DNA of 56,526 nucleotides, filler included, from Dugesia japonica (GCA_001938525.1; 4 parts of 4 records of this genome joined end to end with filler, not necessarily neighbours in it), one strand, 5' to 3'; shown: positions 12,631 through 23,775, counted from the whole stretch's first letter. Made by a program: numbers and translations. The notes: generated from the letters alone by a model not told the origin.

Positions 12631-13074
12631 TTACATAATTAAATTATTTAAATCAGATATCACAACATCGACTTGAGGTTGATAATCTAAGGTTTTGATT
12701 CCTACAAAGACTACTTTTCCAGATGAAAATACATTTACTCAGACTGGATTAAATTTTTTAAGTCGTAACCCAGGAAATAATTCAGGTTCATACATGGATT
12801 TAGTTCTTCCTGCTAAATCATATAAATTGATTGAATATCCAAAATTGATAATGACTGTAATCGACTGTAGTTGAATATCTTCGATATCATATTGTAAATG
12901 TTTTCTTTTCAAGGGTTTCTTACATTGTATGATTCTACATCTTCTGGATTTGAAGAATACTAAAGTATATTTTCCATTTTTGTCGACAACTTGTGATGGC
13001 CTGCCAACTGAAAAATTCATTTATCTTGTAACCTCTTGTGAAACTTTGCCTTTGTAATTAATATTTGCAATCAT
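12631..13074 (-). pseudogene. Polinton-encoded compact TATA-binding-protein-like gene (147 codons, 2 in-frame stops)
   Basis: MIANINYKG..TLVFFKSRRCRIIQCK..IQLQSITVIINFGYSINLYDLA..YEPELFPGLRLKKFNPV*VNVFSSGKVVFVGIK. Carries the TBP hallmarks YEPELFPGL and F.SGKVV..G plus a first-repeat equivalent. Confidence 0.85.
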
Positions 13075-13156
13075 AATTATGTCAATAAATTTTGAAAAAG
13101 TGAATATATTAATATACATAAACAATAACTTAATTGATACAATAAAACCAACAATA

Positions 13157-13767
13157 ATGGAATTAAGAAATGATGCTGTTTATCGAATTGTCGGCCCAAG
13201 TATAAGTGAAAAACCCTATTTGTGTGTAGATTATTCAAATCTAACTTCAACAAAATATATTAGCATAGAGGAGCTGATGAGGAACATGGATTAACTCAAT
13301 CCAAATTATGTGATATAAAAATAAAAATTATAAACGGTTTTGATGAGAATTGGAGTAAGAGATTAACTAAAGGTGATGTGATTGTTGTTGATGATTTATA
13401 CCATGAGGCAAACAAGAAAAAGAACTTTAACAATTTATTCACCAAAATATCAAGACATTATATTGTGACTATAATATTTATTACTCAGAATCTATTCCAC
13501 CAAGGAGGTGGACATAGAAATCGTAATTTAAATGTACAATACTTAGTTCTATTTAAAAATCCAAAAGATCAAACAGTTGTTGATTTTCTTGCAAGACAAG
13601 CATATCCGAACAATAGGCAATTTCTTTTGGGTTCATTCAAAGATGCAACAGTAAATTCACATGGATATCTTTTTATGGACTTTACACATCAATATCCAAA
13701 TGAAGTAAGAGTGAGAACTGACATTTTCAATCCAAACGGTGTTACCGTATATAAGAATAATATATAA
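13157..13767 (+). pseudogene. Polinton A32/FtsK-like DNA packaging ATPase (frameshifted)
   Basis: Degenerate Walker A IVGPSISEK, Walker B VIVVDDL, SRH..IIFITQNLF, LNVQYLVLFKNP, HGYLFMDF, RVRTDIF. Confidence 0.92.
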
Positions 13768-13829
13768 TAGTATATATAATAGTATAAACAATAGTATATA
13801 ATAATAACAATAAACGTATTTACTTATTT

Positions 13830-14075
13830 TATTTACAAATCGCAAAATTTACTAAAGTTATAGTTCATCAACTCAAGAATAAAATGATTAAACAAGATAA
13901 CAATTCAAAAGATAACAAAACAATAAAGAAGACAACAAAGAAGTCGACAAAGATTGTTATTAAAAAGAAGTCAACAAAGAAGAAACAATCAAAAAACAGT
14001 TGAACAAGTTCAAAAAATTATCAAAAAGCTTTCGAAAGAAACTAACAGATGTAAATAGAAAATGGATAAAGTTAT
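13830..14075 (+). pseudogene. Lys-rich basic protein (putative DNA-condensing core protein)
   Basis: KKTTKKSTK..KKKSTKKKQ. Syntenic with the intact ORF 36473-36730 in copy 2. Confidence 0.55.
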
Positions 14076-14111
14076 AAACAAATACCTAAGTGTTATATTT
14101 AATAAAAAATT

Positions 14112-14431
14112 ATGAAATTTCAACAAAGTCTTCCGTATTTTAATATATTACTCAAGACTCCAAAAGAGTCTAGAGCAAGAATGTTGCAATCATTTGCACC
14201 ATTTGTTGTTGATGGTTTACTAGAGATTATTGTAAACATAGTTCGTGGTAATGTAGTTATAAGCAAAGTTAAAAAGCAAGTATTGGAAAAACATAAAAGG
14301 TCATTGCTTACACTTGCATATACCAAAAATAAAAAATTATAAAGAAAATATTATAAAAACAACATGGTGGCTTTATTGCTGCATTAATACCTATTGCATT
14401 GGCTGCAATAAATCTAACAAATTTTGCATAA
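14112..14431 (+). pseudogene. Conserved Polinton small virion protein ending in QHGGF plus a hydrophobic helix
   Basis: LLEIIVNIVRGNV..K..L.KHK..L..L followed by QHGGFIAALIPIALAAI. Homologue at 36740-37061. Confidence 0.75.
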
Positions 14432-14459
14432 ACAAAATATACAAAATTTGATATAAACA

Positions 14460-14570
14460 ATGGGAAATTTAGAATCATTACCAAGAATTAATCTAAGATT
14501 TGCATCAAATTGTTGTAATGGACAAAACCGAGATTATATGGACAGAACCGATAAGTCCAGAAGGATTTAA
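14460..14570 (+). CDS. 36-aa micro-ORF with N-myristoylation-like start (MGNLES..CC)
   Basis: MGNLESLPRINLRFASNCCNG..; conserved with MGGLQSLPNFDLKFASDCYNG at 37100-37189. Confidence 0.55.
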   Translation: MGNLESLPRINLRFASNCCNGQNRDYMDRTDKSRRI

Positions 14571-15025
14571 AGGAGGAGTTATAATCATACAAGTCATAAT
14601 GGATTAAATGAAGCAGGACCTGTAGATGTATATTTGAAAATTCAATGAAATTATGGCTATTGAAACAAAAACCGAAAGTAATTAAAAAACCAAAATATAA
14701 AGTTGGTGATCATGTTAGAATCTCAAAGATATTAGCTTCACCATTCATCAAGAATTTTGATAGTATTTGGAGAAATGAAGTGTTTCAAATATCGAAAATC
14801 AAAACTTAACAGATTACAATCATGTATGTGATTAATGATTATCAAGATAATATCATTCAAGGATAATTCTATGAACAAAAATTATAAGTAATTCCACCAC
14901 AAACATTATTTAGAATAGAAAGGATTATAAAATCAAATGGACCAGGATATGATAAACAATTATATGCAAAATGGCATGGATACAAAAATTCTACTTGCAT
15001 ATCAGCATCTCAAATAGTAAATTCA
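14530..15025 (+). pseudogene. Polinton retroviral-type integrase remnant: catalytic core deleted, C-terminal SH3-like and chromodomain parts left
   Basis: YNHTSHNG, KYKVGDHVRISK, W.NEVFQI, IIQG*FYEQ, FRIERII..LYAKWHGY. Confidence 0.85.
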
Positions 15026-15041
15026 ACAAAGAAGAAGAAAA

Positions 15042-16062
15042 ATGAGCAAAACGAATAATTTCTATACACTATTACCCAGTAATAGTTACCCACTTATTCA
15101 TCCGGATAACAATGCTAGTAATTTCAAAATCCAATTTATATGGACGGTCAATGGGAAGTGGCTTTGATGGATTTAACTTTTGTATACTCAGCCTTTCCGT
15201 TTTATAGTAAATCCAATAGTGAATACGTAACAGGAAAAGACGAATGGAAGGAAATACTTGTTACAATTGATAATAAGGAAAAAAGATTGAGTTTCAGTGA
15301 GGATGATGTTATTCAAATATATGAAAAAAAACTTACATATCAAATTACTACATCATGAAAATGAATTGAAATTTGAAAATCTTGAAGATGCAAACCGATT
15401 TGGTTTTGGCAATTTAAATAACGGTATTGAAATTGCAGACACGTTTATTTTCTTTCAGACGTTTAAAAATGATGATTTGATAGAAACCATAAAAATAAAT
15501 TTTTTTTATTCAATAGAAACTGTCAATGTCATACAGTTTAAAGATGATTTGTACATAATGGAAATAGAGTGGTTGAATAAATAATTTGCGGAAAAGTTTT
15601 TTGATATATTTAAAACTCTTTATCTGAAAAAGGATGAACCATTTAGATTTTTGCTGTTAGATAATGTTAAAAGTGTAACATTTGATGTAATTCTAACAAA
15701 AACATTTGGATTAGTCAAACAAAAAGATTTCCGGGGTGATATAATTGATAGTCAAGGAGCTATTGAATTCACGGCTCCTAAGAAACCAAAATTGCTGAAC
15801 TACTATCAAATGTTCATCTATAGTAGCATTATTGAACCTGTTATTGTTGGTGATGTTAGTGTTCTTCTGTTAAAATCCATATGTTGGAAAAGTATGAAAA
15901 TTATCAAGTCTTCCAAATAATTGTTGAAAATCCAATGTATTTTCCAATATCCACATCGTATATAAACAATATTGAAATCAATATACGAGATGATAACGGA
16001 AATTTAATCAATTTTGCTAAAGACTCAAAAACTTTTTTAACACTACATTTGCGAAAAAAATG
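15042..16062 (+). pseudogene. Polinton minor capsid protein (penton, PX)
   Basis: FYTLLPSNS..P.NNASNFK, GQWEVAL, MFIYSSIIEPVIVGD..LL, MYFPI..IEINIRDDNGNLINF..TLHLRK, spread over several frameshifted ORFs. Confidence 0.9.
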
Positions 16063-16432
16063 TCTAATCCGGATATTATCTCATTGTATAGTACTAGTCA
16101 AGCCGGGGGAGAATTACCATATTTTGTAGGAAAACAGTATGGCTCCGGATGGTTGCAAACAATTGGTCGATTTGCTTTGCCTATTCTTAGATGTATTGGA
16201 GCTATTAGTATGAAAACGGCTAAGGATGTGATATCAAATAAATTAAAACTTTTGTCTTTATTTAAAACAAATGCAATGTCTGAATTCACCAATTTGTAGA
16301 CTCTGGTGAACTTTCAAAAATGATACCAAAAAAGGATACAAATCATAAAGGTGCTGGAATTAATTGTGAGAAATCGATCATATCAGGTAGAAACAAACGA
16401 ATGAAAGGCTATGGAACTATATTTGAAAAATC
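16060..16432 (+). pseudogene. Polinton small virion protein with QAGG/QYGSG motifs and an amphipathic helix (pVI/pVII-like)
   Basis: YSTSQAGGELPYFVGKQYGSGWLQTIGRFALPIL, with a basic C-terminus NKRMKGYGTIFEK. Homologue at 38649-39092. Confidence 0.75.
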
Positions 16433-17625
16433 ATTTGTGGAAAAACGTAACTATACATTTTTGATGGTCCATCTTCACAAGGTGTTATTGAATATGAATC
16501 ATTTGAAGATGTGTTTCCAATGAATTCAATTTATGAAATGAGAAATGATGTAGAATTTTTTATAAATGGTTTGCAAACTGATTATCTAGATTTGAATGAT
16601 ACTTTATTGTATGTACAAGTAAAAGTTGTTGATAAATTTGGAAAAGATTTGGGTAAAAAGTCTGATGTAGTTCCGAGAAACTTTGTGTTTTATACTCTGT
16701 TTAAAGATGTTATCCTTTCATTCAACAATATCAAAATCAAAGGTGGCAACGAAACTCATATTCAAAAGGCTATGATTGAAACTGTTTTGAATTATAATTG
16801 AGATAGTAAGAACATTTGTCTTGCAGCAATCGGTTATGGAGATAAAGAAGACAGACACAATTCAATTAAATTATCAAAGTCGTTGTCACTATGCGGTTCT
16901 TGGCAACTAGATTTCATGTATCAGCTAAAATATCTTATTCCTGGTATTAATGTTCACATTCGAATGAAAAGAGCAGCTAATAGAATTGGTTTGGAAACGT
17001 CAACTGAGGAACCTAAATTTGCATTGCTTGATGCAAAATTAATGGTTAGAAGAGTTCGAGTTGAATCATCAGTGCTAACATGTCATCAAATTGGATTAAA
17101 GAAACAAAATGCAGTGTATCCAATTGTGGCTTATGCAATCAGCAAAGATAGTACTACGTTTTATAAGGATCAAATCTTTTGAGATCATCAATTGTCCAAC
17201 TTTTTGTTGGTAATATTTCAAAGCAGAGAAATATAAAACAGTCACTTTAAAACATCAAGCTCAAATTTCGATCATTTTAATGTCATATCTATAACTTTAT
17301 CTAAAAACAGTAATCATATACTCAAGACTTTGAAAATGATAATTATAGCACATCATACATGCAATCAATAGTTAGAAATATGGGATATTTAAACAAGAAT
17401 ATGAATTGTGAAATAACACTTGAGGAAGTTAAAAATGAATATCCATTCTTTATCTTTGTATTTGCTCCAGGTTTTGATATTAATCAGAGTCAATCGCCCC
17501 AACATGGAAATATGAGATTGGATATCAAGTTTGGAAGTGCACTGAATATGCCTGCATATGCAATAATTTATGGAGTATTTGAAAATAAAATCCAGATTAC
17601 ATCAGACAGAGCTATACTAATGTAA
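16430..17625 (+). pseudogene. Polinton major capsid protein (hexon, PY; double jelly-roll)
   Basis: L.IFD.PS.Q..I, VEFFI.G..DYLDLNDTLLYV, YLIPGINVHIRMKR, AKLMVRRV, GNMRLDIKF..AL..IIYGVFENKIQIT.DR. Confidence 0.9.
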
Positions 17626-17689
17626 ATAATCTCAATATCATGAAAATATTTATCCATAATGAAAAACAATTTGAATATTGCTATGATAT

Positions 17690-18043
17690 TACTTTAATAG
17701 TTCAATTCAGATAAATCAAATTGCTACAAAATGGCTTGGATCAGAGTTTCTTGGTGCGTATCCATTGGATAAGTTTCCATTTATTCCAGTTAATGAAACC
17801 ATAATCGTCAATACGCAATCATCAAATCTTAATGAAGGACATTGGTTAGCAGTGTACAATAAACCAGAAAATATACTGGTATTCGATCCATTTGGATTTT
17901 ATTATCCGCCAATGTTGATCTCCCATCTATCAAGATTATCAAAACCAATTATGTACAACAGAATTCAATATCAACAATGTTTAACAACAACTTGTGGTCA
18001 TCATTGCTTATTATGGTTGAAATTTCAACATTGTAATGTGTGA
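17690..18043 (+). CDS. Adenain/Ulp1-clan cysteine maturation protease
   Basis: FLGAYPLD, IVNT..S..EGHWLAVY, VFDPFG, YNRIQYQ..TTCGHHCL. Catalytic H/D/C and oxyanion Q are intact; the start codon is uncertain. Confidence 0.92.
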   Translation, partial: YFNSSIQINQIATKWLGSEFLGAYPLDKFPFIPVNETIIVNTQSSNLNEGHWLAVYNKPENILVFDPFGFYYPPMLISHLSRLSKPIMYNRIQYQQCLTTTCGHHCLLWLKFQHCNV

Positions 18044-18234
18044 TAGAATTAAATAAATGTATTTGAAAATATGTCTGTTATTTACTTTGTTACTTACTTG
18101 GTTGATTTATTGTTTTATATCGCCCTGAACAATATTAAAATATTATTTCAATAATTTAGTTTAAAGAAAGTTTTTAAATTATAAAGGAAAAGTATGTGTT
18201 TATTTCTAATATCTAATCTTATTTTATTTTAGAT

Positions 18235-18559
18235 ATGAATAATACTAATTTTAACAAAATTAACGAAGCAAATAAGAAGAGGAAATTTACTCAAGTAATA
18301 GTTTATAATTTATTTATACTTATTAATTTAAATTTAGGTTAAGGAATTGTCTGAAAATATTGTGCCTAATGGATATTTCATGGCTAACGGATTAAAGAAC
18401 ATGACTAATAAAATTTTTATGACAAATGGATTTACTTATGCAACTAACAGATCTATGTCTAATAGAATGCAATCAGGTATGACTTTAATTTTATAAGTTT
18501 TAATTTACTAAATATTTATTTGATTTAAAGTTGATAATATTTATATGTATTTAATTTAA
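18235..18559 (+). CDS. Predicted three-exon Polinton orphan ORF (~75 aa), or leader exons of the pPolB transcript
   Basis: Exon 18235-18294 (MNNTNFNKINEANKKRKFTQ), intron 18295-18337, in-frame exon 18338-18476, donor CAG/GTATGA and acceptor at 18530. An extra 5'-UTR intron-like GTATGT..TTTTAG lies at 18192-18232. Confidence 0.5.
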
Positions 18560-18959
18560 GTAATTTAGACTTTATTTTATAATAAATTTTATGCTTTAAG
18601 TAAATTATTTCATTTATATTAAAATTTAAGCCTGTTGATTATAATTTCATTACATTTTTTAATTGTAATGATTTTATTTTCAATGTTAAATTAATTATCA
18701 TTATAATTTTATCGTAATGATTTTAAACGCAAGATAATATTATCAATACTTTTCTTTTAAATGTAATAATCAGTTAACTTCATTACAATTTTTTTTGTTT
18801 GAATGATTTTATTTATATTTTTAATTTAATCATTATAACTTTTATTGTAATGATTAAAACTTAACATAACATTAACAAATTAAACTTTAAATTTATTGAA
18901 TTAACTAAATGTATGTTGAATATATTTATAAGTTACAAGTAATTTATAGATTTTAATTA

Positions 18960-19346
18960 ATTACTATGACTTTATTTATTGATTTAATTTGATGTATACA
19001 ACCTTAGTGATTTAATTAACAACCATGATTTACTTATTGATTGATTTTAATGCATACAAGTTTATTTAATAATTTAAATTAATGATTTATTTATTCATTA
19101 TAATTATTGGTTATGATTTATTTATTGACTTATTAAAAACTATGATTTATTTTTTGATTTTAATTAATAACTATGATTTATGTAATAATTTAACTAATGA
19201 CCTTAACATTTTAATGGCCTTTTAATTGATCTAAACTTTTTAAAAGAACTTTTAACGACCTTGAGCGTTTAAGTGATCTTACCCTTTTAAATGACCTTGA
19301 ACTTTTAATTGATCTTAACATTTTAAATAACCTTAACCTTTTATAG
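18960..19346 (+). repeat. Degenerate tandem arrays: ATGATTTATTTATTGA-like units, then ~17-18-bp TGACCTTrA-like units
   Basis: Visible repeats between the protease and pPolB. Exact TGACCTTGA at 19292-19300. Confidence 0.7.
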
Positions 19347-19411
19347 ATAAAATTTTACAAATCTCTATAAACAATAAAAGAATAACTTTATTTATTTAAG
19401 AAACTTGCAAA

Positions 19412-22400
19412 ATGTATACAAACTATTGTGGAATTTCAAATCATTACGAAGACGGTCACGATATAATGGATAATTATTATAGTCTTATTTATTGTGGGGA
19501 AAAAATATTATGTTTGTCCATCATCCACTACATTAGGGATAAATACATACATAGAGTTTTATATGGCACATATACATCACTTGTCTCAATTCTTTGAAAA
19601 GAAGAGAATAGTACTGAAGAAAATTCTCGAAGGACCTCCATGTAAAAAGTTTAAAGCAGAATTGGAAATTATAGTCATTGAGTATGATATTATTATCAAG
19701 AATGAACAAGTTGAACCAAAAGTTATAGTCATTGATGATGCTATTATTATCAAGAACGAATCAGTCAAACCAGAGGTTAAAGTCATTGAAGATGATATTA
19801 TTATCAAGAATAAACCAGTCAAACCAGAGGTTATAGTTATTGAAGATGATATTGAGAAAGAAATGGACTGGAATAATATCAAAATAATCGAAGAACTAAA
19901 TGAAGAGGACTTTGTTGATGAAGATGATGATGTAGAAGAAGTGTTCCAAAAATATATGAAAGAAGAAGTACAAATAGATGGATCCATCGACGAATCAGTT
20001 ATTGAAACAGACTTGTACAAATGTCACCAGATCTTGAAATTAGATGTTTCAAGATTTAACATGAAAGAGAAAATTTTACCAGATTCTTTGGTTTAAAAAC
20101 TGAATAAAATTATCAAAGAAATGAAGATTATAAAAATCCAGTTTGGAATTCATGTAAAATTTATAAAGGATCATGAAATAAAAAGTATTTATTTATCTTA
20201 TAGTGATGTACTACCTAGGGATACATTTTTTGAAGATGGGATTAGGATATTGAATGAGAAGATTGTTGTAAGAAGCGAGTTAAGAAGTAGCTGGACACTT
20301 CGTAGGATATTAGAAATAAACTTTAAATTGACTAAAATTAGCAAAATAAGTATATTGTAAGGTCACAGTCATATTCCGACACCTGAAAATCTTAAAGCAA
20401 AGAAAGCAATTTTTAACGTAAAAAACAATGATGATAAATGTTTCATATATAATGTTCTCGCTATTCTAAAACAAGATTTAATAGAAAAAAAGAATGGGAA
20501 TCGTTCAACCTAATATAATAGGTTTATGTCAGATCTTGTTTTCAGTGAAAATGACATGCCCACAAAATTGGTGAATATTCCTAAATTTGAAAAACAAAAC
20601 CCCGGATTGAGTAAAAAATATACTATCAAGGAATACGAGCTCAAATAAAGTTGATGAAAATCAAGCTGTCATGAAACATCCAAACCTTTATATAATTCAC
20701 AGATCAAAAGGTGATGGTGGACAGAAATTAAATTTATTATTACTTAAAGATGATGATAAATTTCATTATACTGCNNNNNNNNNNNNNNNNNNNNNNATAG
20801 GCTTATGAATAGAGATATTAAAATGAATGGTGTTCGAATTCAATCAATATGGTGTCCTAAATGTCTGAATCGTTTCAGATACAGCAAAGCTTTTGAGACC
20901 CATGAACCAATTTGTGAGAGGATACAAACAGGAACCACACTTTATACAATGCCTCATAAAAAGAAATTAATGTTTAAAGATTATTCAAAAACTGTAACTC
21001 CACCATATGTCATTTACACTGATTTCGAATCAGTGTAAGAGAAAGATCTTGAACATTATCAGAAGCATTTGCCTAAATCAGCAGGACTTTTGCTAGTAAA
21101 TAATTTCACTAACGAATATCAATATCATACATTTACCGGAACAGACTGTGTTTACAATTTCTTGAAAATGATTGAATAAATTACCAAGAACATTGTATAC
21201 CATTACTAAGAAGAAAATAGCAAGAAAAAGTTGAAAATCACACCGGATGAAGAAATTAAATTCAAAGAAACGACTTTTTGTCATTTATGCAAGAAAAATA
21301 TAGTAAATCCGGTTAGAGACCATGATCATTTCACCGGTAAATATGTTGGTGCTGCATGTTCAAAATGCAATATTATTAGAAAAATCAGATATGATTTACC
21401 AATAATCTTTCATAATCTTAGAGGTTATGACTTGCACCATATATTGAAATACGGACTCAGTCAATTTGCATATTGGAATATCTCGTGCATACCGACTACT
21501 TGCGAGAAATTCTTATGCTTGATTGCACACTATAAAAACTTAAACATAAGGTTTATCGATTCATATCAGTTTATTAATAGTTCATTGGATGCAGTTGTTA
21601 AAACAATTCAATCAACTCCATTACCATCCAAGAAGTTTAATGACACAGAATTATCAAATCAAAGGGAATTTTCCCATATAATTTTGCTACTAGCCTGACA
21701 GTGTTGAAAGAAACTGAATGTATGCCACCAATATGGAATGGTGTTAATGAAGAATGTTATCAAAAGGCTCTGAAAATGTGGACTATTACTGGATGCAAGA
21801 ATTTATTGGATTACATAATGATTTATCTAAAACTAGATGTATTTCTGCTGGCTGACTTTTTTCAACAATTTCGAACAAATTCGCTAGCACACAACAGACT
21901 GGAGCCGTTAACATTCTTTGGAATTCCAGGCATGAGCTTGGCATCAGCAATGATGACCCTTAAGGATCTAATCGGATTGCTTACCGACAATGATATGTTC
22001 ACATTTTTCAAGGAATGAATCAAAAGTGGACTTACATTTGTCAATAAACATTATGTGAAATCAGACGAAAACACTGAGCTTTTGTACATCGATATAAATA
22101 ACTTATATGGATGGGCATTAAGCCAGAAATTGCCATATTTGGATTTTCAATGAATACATACAAGATTAGAGCAAATATTAGACGAATGCAGAACATCGAA
22201 TCTAGAATGATTACCATATGGTTACACAGTAGAAGGTGACATTGAAATACCGGACGAGTTACACGATTTTTTAAGTGATTTACCTGTTGGATCCGAACAT
22301 CAGAGCTCACCAGGAAGTAAGGTAAAGAAGCTGTTATTAACACATAATACCAAACTGAATTATGCTGTACATTGGCGATTGTTACAACTGTACATGCAAC

Positions 22401-23310
22401 TAGGTGTTAGGATCGCTAAAATACATAAAGCTGTAAAAAGTTCACACAAGATTATATTTTCAAGAAATATATAGATGAAAATACTGAACTAAAATCTAAA
22501 AGTACATCAGATCTAGATAAGAATTATTATAAGCTTTTAAACAACAGCTTGTACGAAAGGACAGTAGAAAATCTAAAGAAAAGGATGAATCCCAGACTGT
22601 GTAATTCAGCAAAATAGCTTATTACATACGCTTCGAAGCCAAGCTTTAGGAAAACAATTAAAATAGATCAGGATTTAATTGCGGTATTGTTGAATATGGA
22701 TAGAGTTTTTCTCATTCGTCCTAGCTATANTGGTCAAACAGTATTGGACTTGAGTAAGTTAAGAATGTATCAGCTCATATACATCCAGCTTTAGAAATAT
22801 AGGACAGATGAAAAATTTATCATAAATATAGTGACAAGAGATACTGACAGTTTTTTCTCGGAAGTGAAAGGTATTGTATTGGAAAGATTGTTAAAACTGA
22901 TGGTTCAGGATGAATTGTTGGACACTTCAAATTATGATGCAGAACATTCCCTTTACAACAACAACCTAAATTCAGCAGTAGGGAAATTCAAAGACGAAAG
23001 CAAGGGTAAGAGATTCAAGGAATGGGTTTTTCTGAGACCGAAATGTTATGGTCTCCTTAGCGAAAAGACCAGCATGAAGGCTAAAGGGATAACATTAAAA
23101 GATACCGACTTAACACACCACTCGTATCTAGATTGTTACAATAACAATCAATCGGTCTCAGTAGAATAATTTAGGATAGTCATAATAAACCACCAATCGT
23201 TTAGTTTTAACAGACCAAAAATAGCATTAACCAACAATGACGATAAGAGAGTATGGACACACGAAAAATCGAATGTTCCATACCGACATTGTAGTTTGAC
23301 CGTAATAAAT
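19412..23310 (+). pseudogene. Protein-primed B-family DNA polymerase (pPolB) with N-terminal extension
   Basis: IPTPENLKAKKAIFNVKNNDDKCF, CPKC..H..C, ExoI YTDFES, EndoVII-like CHLC..VRDHDHFTGKYVGAACSKCN, ExoII FHNLRGYDLH, ExoIII YLKLDV, PolA YIDINNLYG, PolB KLLNNSLY, PolC DTDS, KFKDE, LRPKCY, KAKG, DDKR. Confidence 0.95.
19686..19856 (+). repeat. 54-bp coding tandem repeat (~3 units; IIIKNExVKPEVIVIEDD)
   Basis: Units start at 19686, 19740 and 19794, with a partial unit at 19848. Confidence 0.9.
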
Positions 23311-23775
23311 AAGACTTTGGATCAGCAATAGAATGTATAGGTAATGAATTTATTTGAACTTATTAAAAATTATTTTATTATTTAGCAATCAAACGAAAAA
23401 TCCAAACAAATCTATGCATTCCAACTAGCTTTTATTGAGCGGACTTATATTGAACTGGCATTATTAACTGTTTGTTATAATACATAATAAATTTTCTCAA
23501 ATGTGATTAGTGTCTTGATTTATTTTTTATTTGTTAATATTGTGAGCGATTAATGCTATTGTTAATATTACCTTAGAACAATTAATATTAATAGACCTAT
23601 AAACATCTAATTTCTGGAGCATTGAATAGTTTGTTCAGGGAGCATCTAATGTCGGTTACAACCAAGAGTTCATACCCATAGACATCTCATAGTTTGTACT
23701 CTGTAACAACTATTGTTTCCAACCAACAACTCATAGTATAAACACTGAAACATCCATTTATATAAAACTTGAGTA

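Noticed and set aside
13110-14460. Recurrent TAAACA (Forkhead-like) before Polinton ORFs and TGTTTA in the TIRs
   Set aside because: Expected frequently by chance at this AT content; needs an enrichment test.
19195-19346. CRISPR-like reading of the short repeat arrays
   Set aside because: Units are degenerate and contiguous with no unique spacers; eukaryotic context and no cas genes.
19586-20020. 144-aa Ser/Ile-rich minus-strand ORF
   Set aside because: Antisense of the acidic 54-bp repeat ORF.
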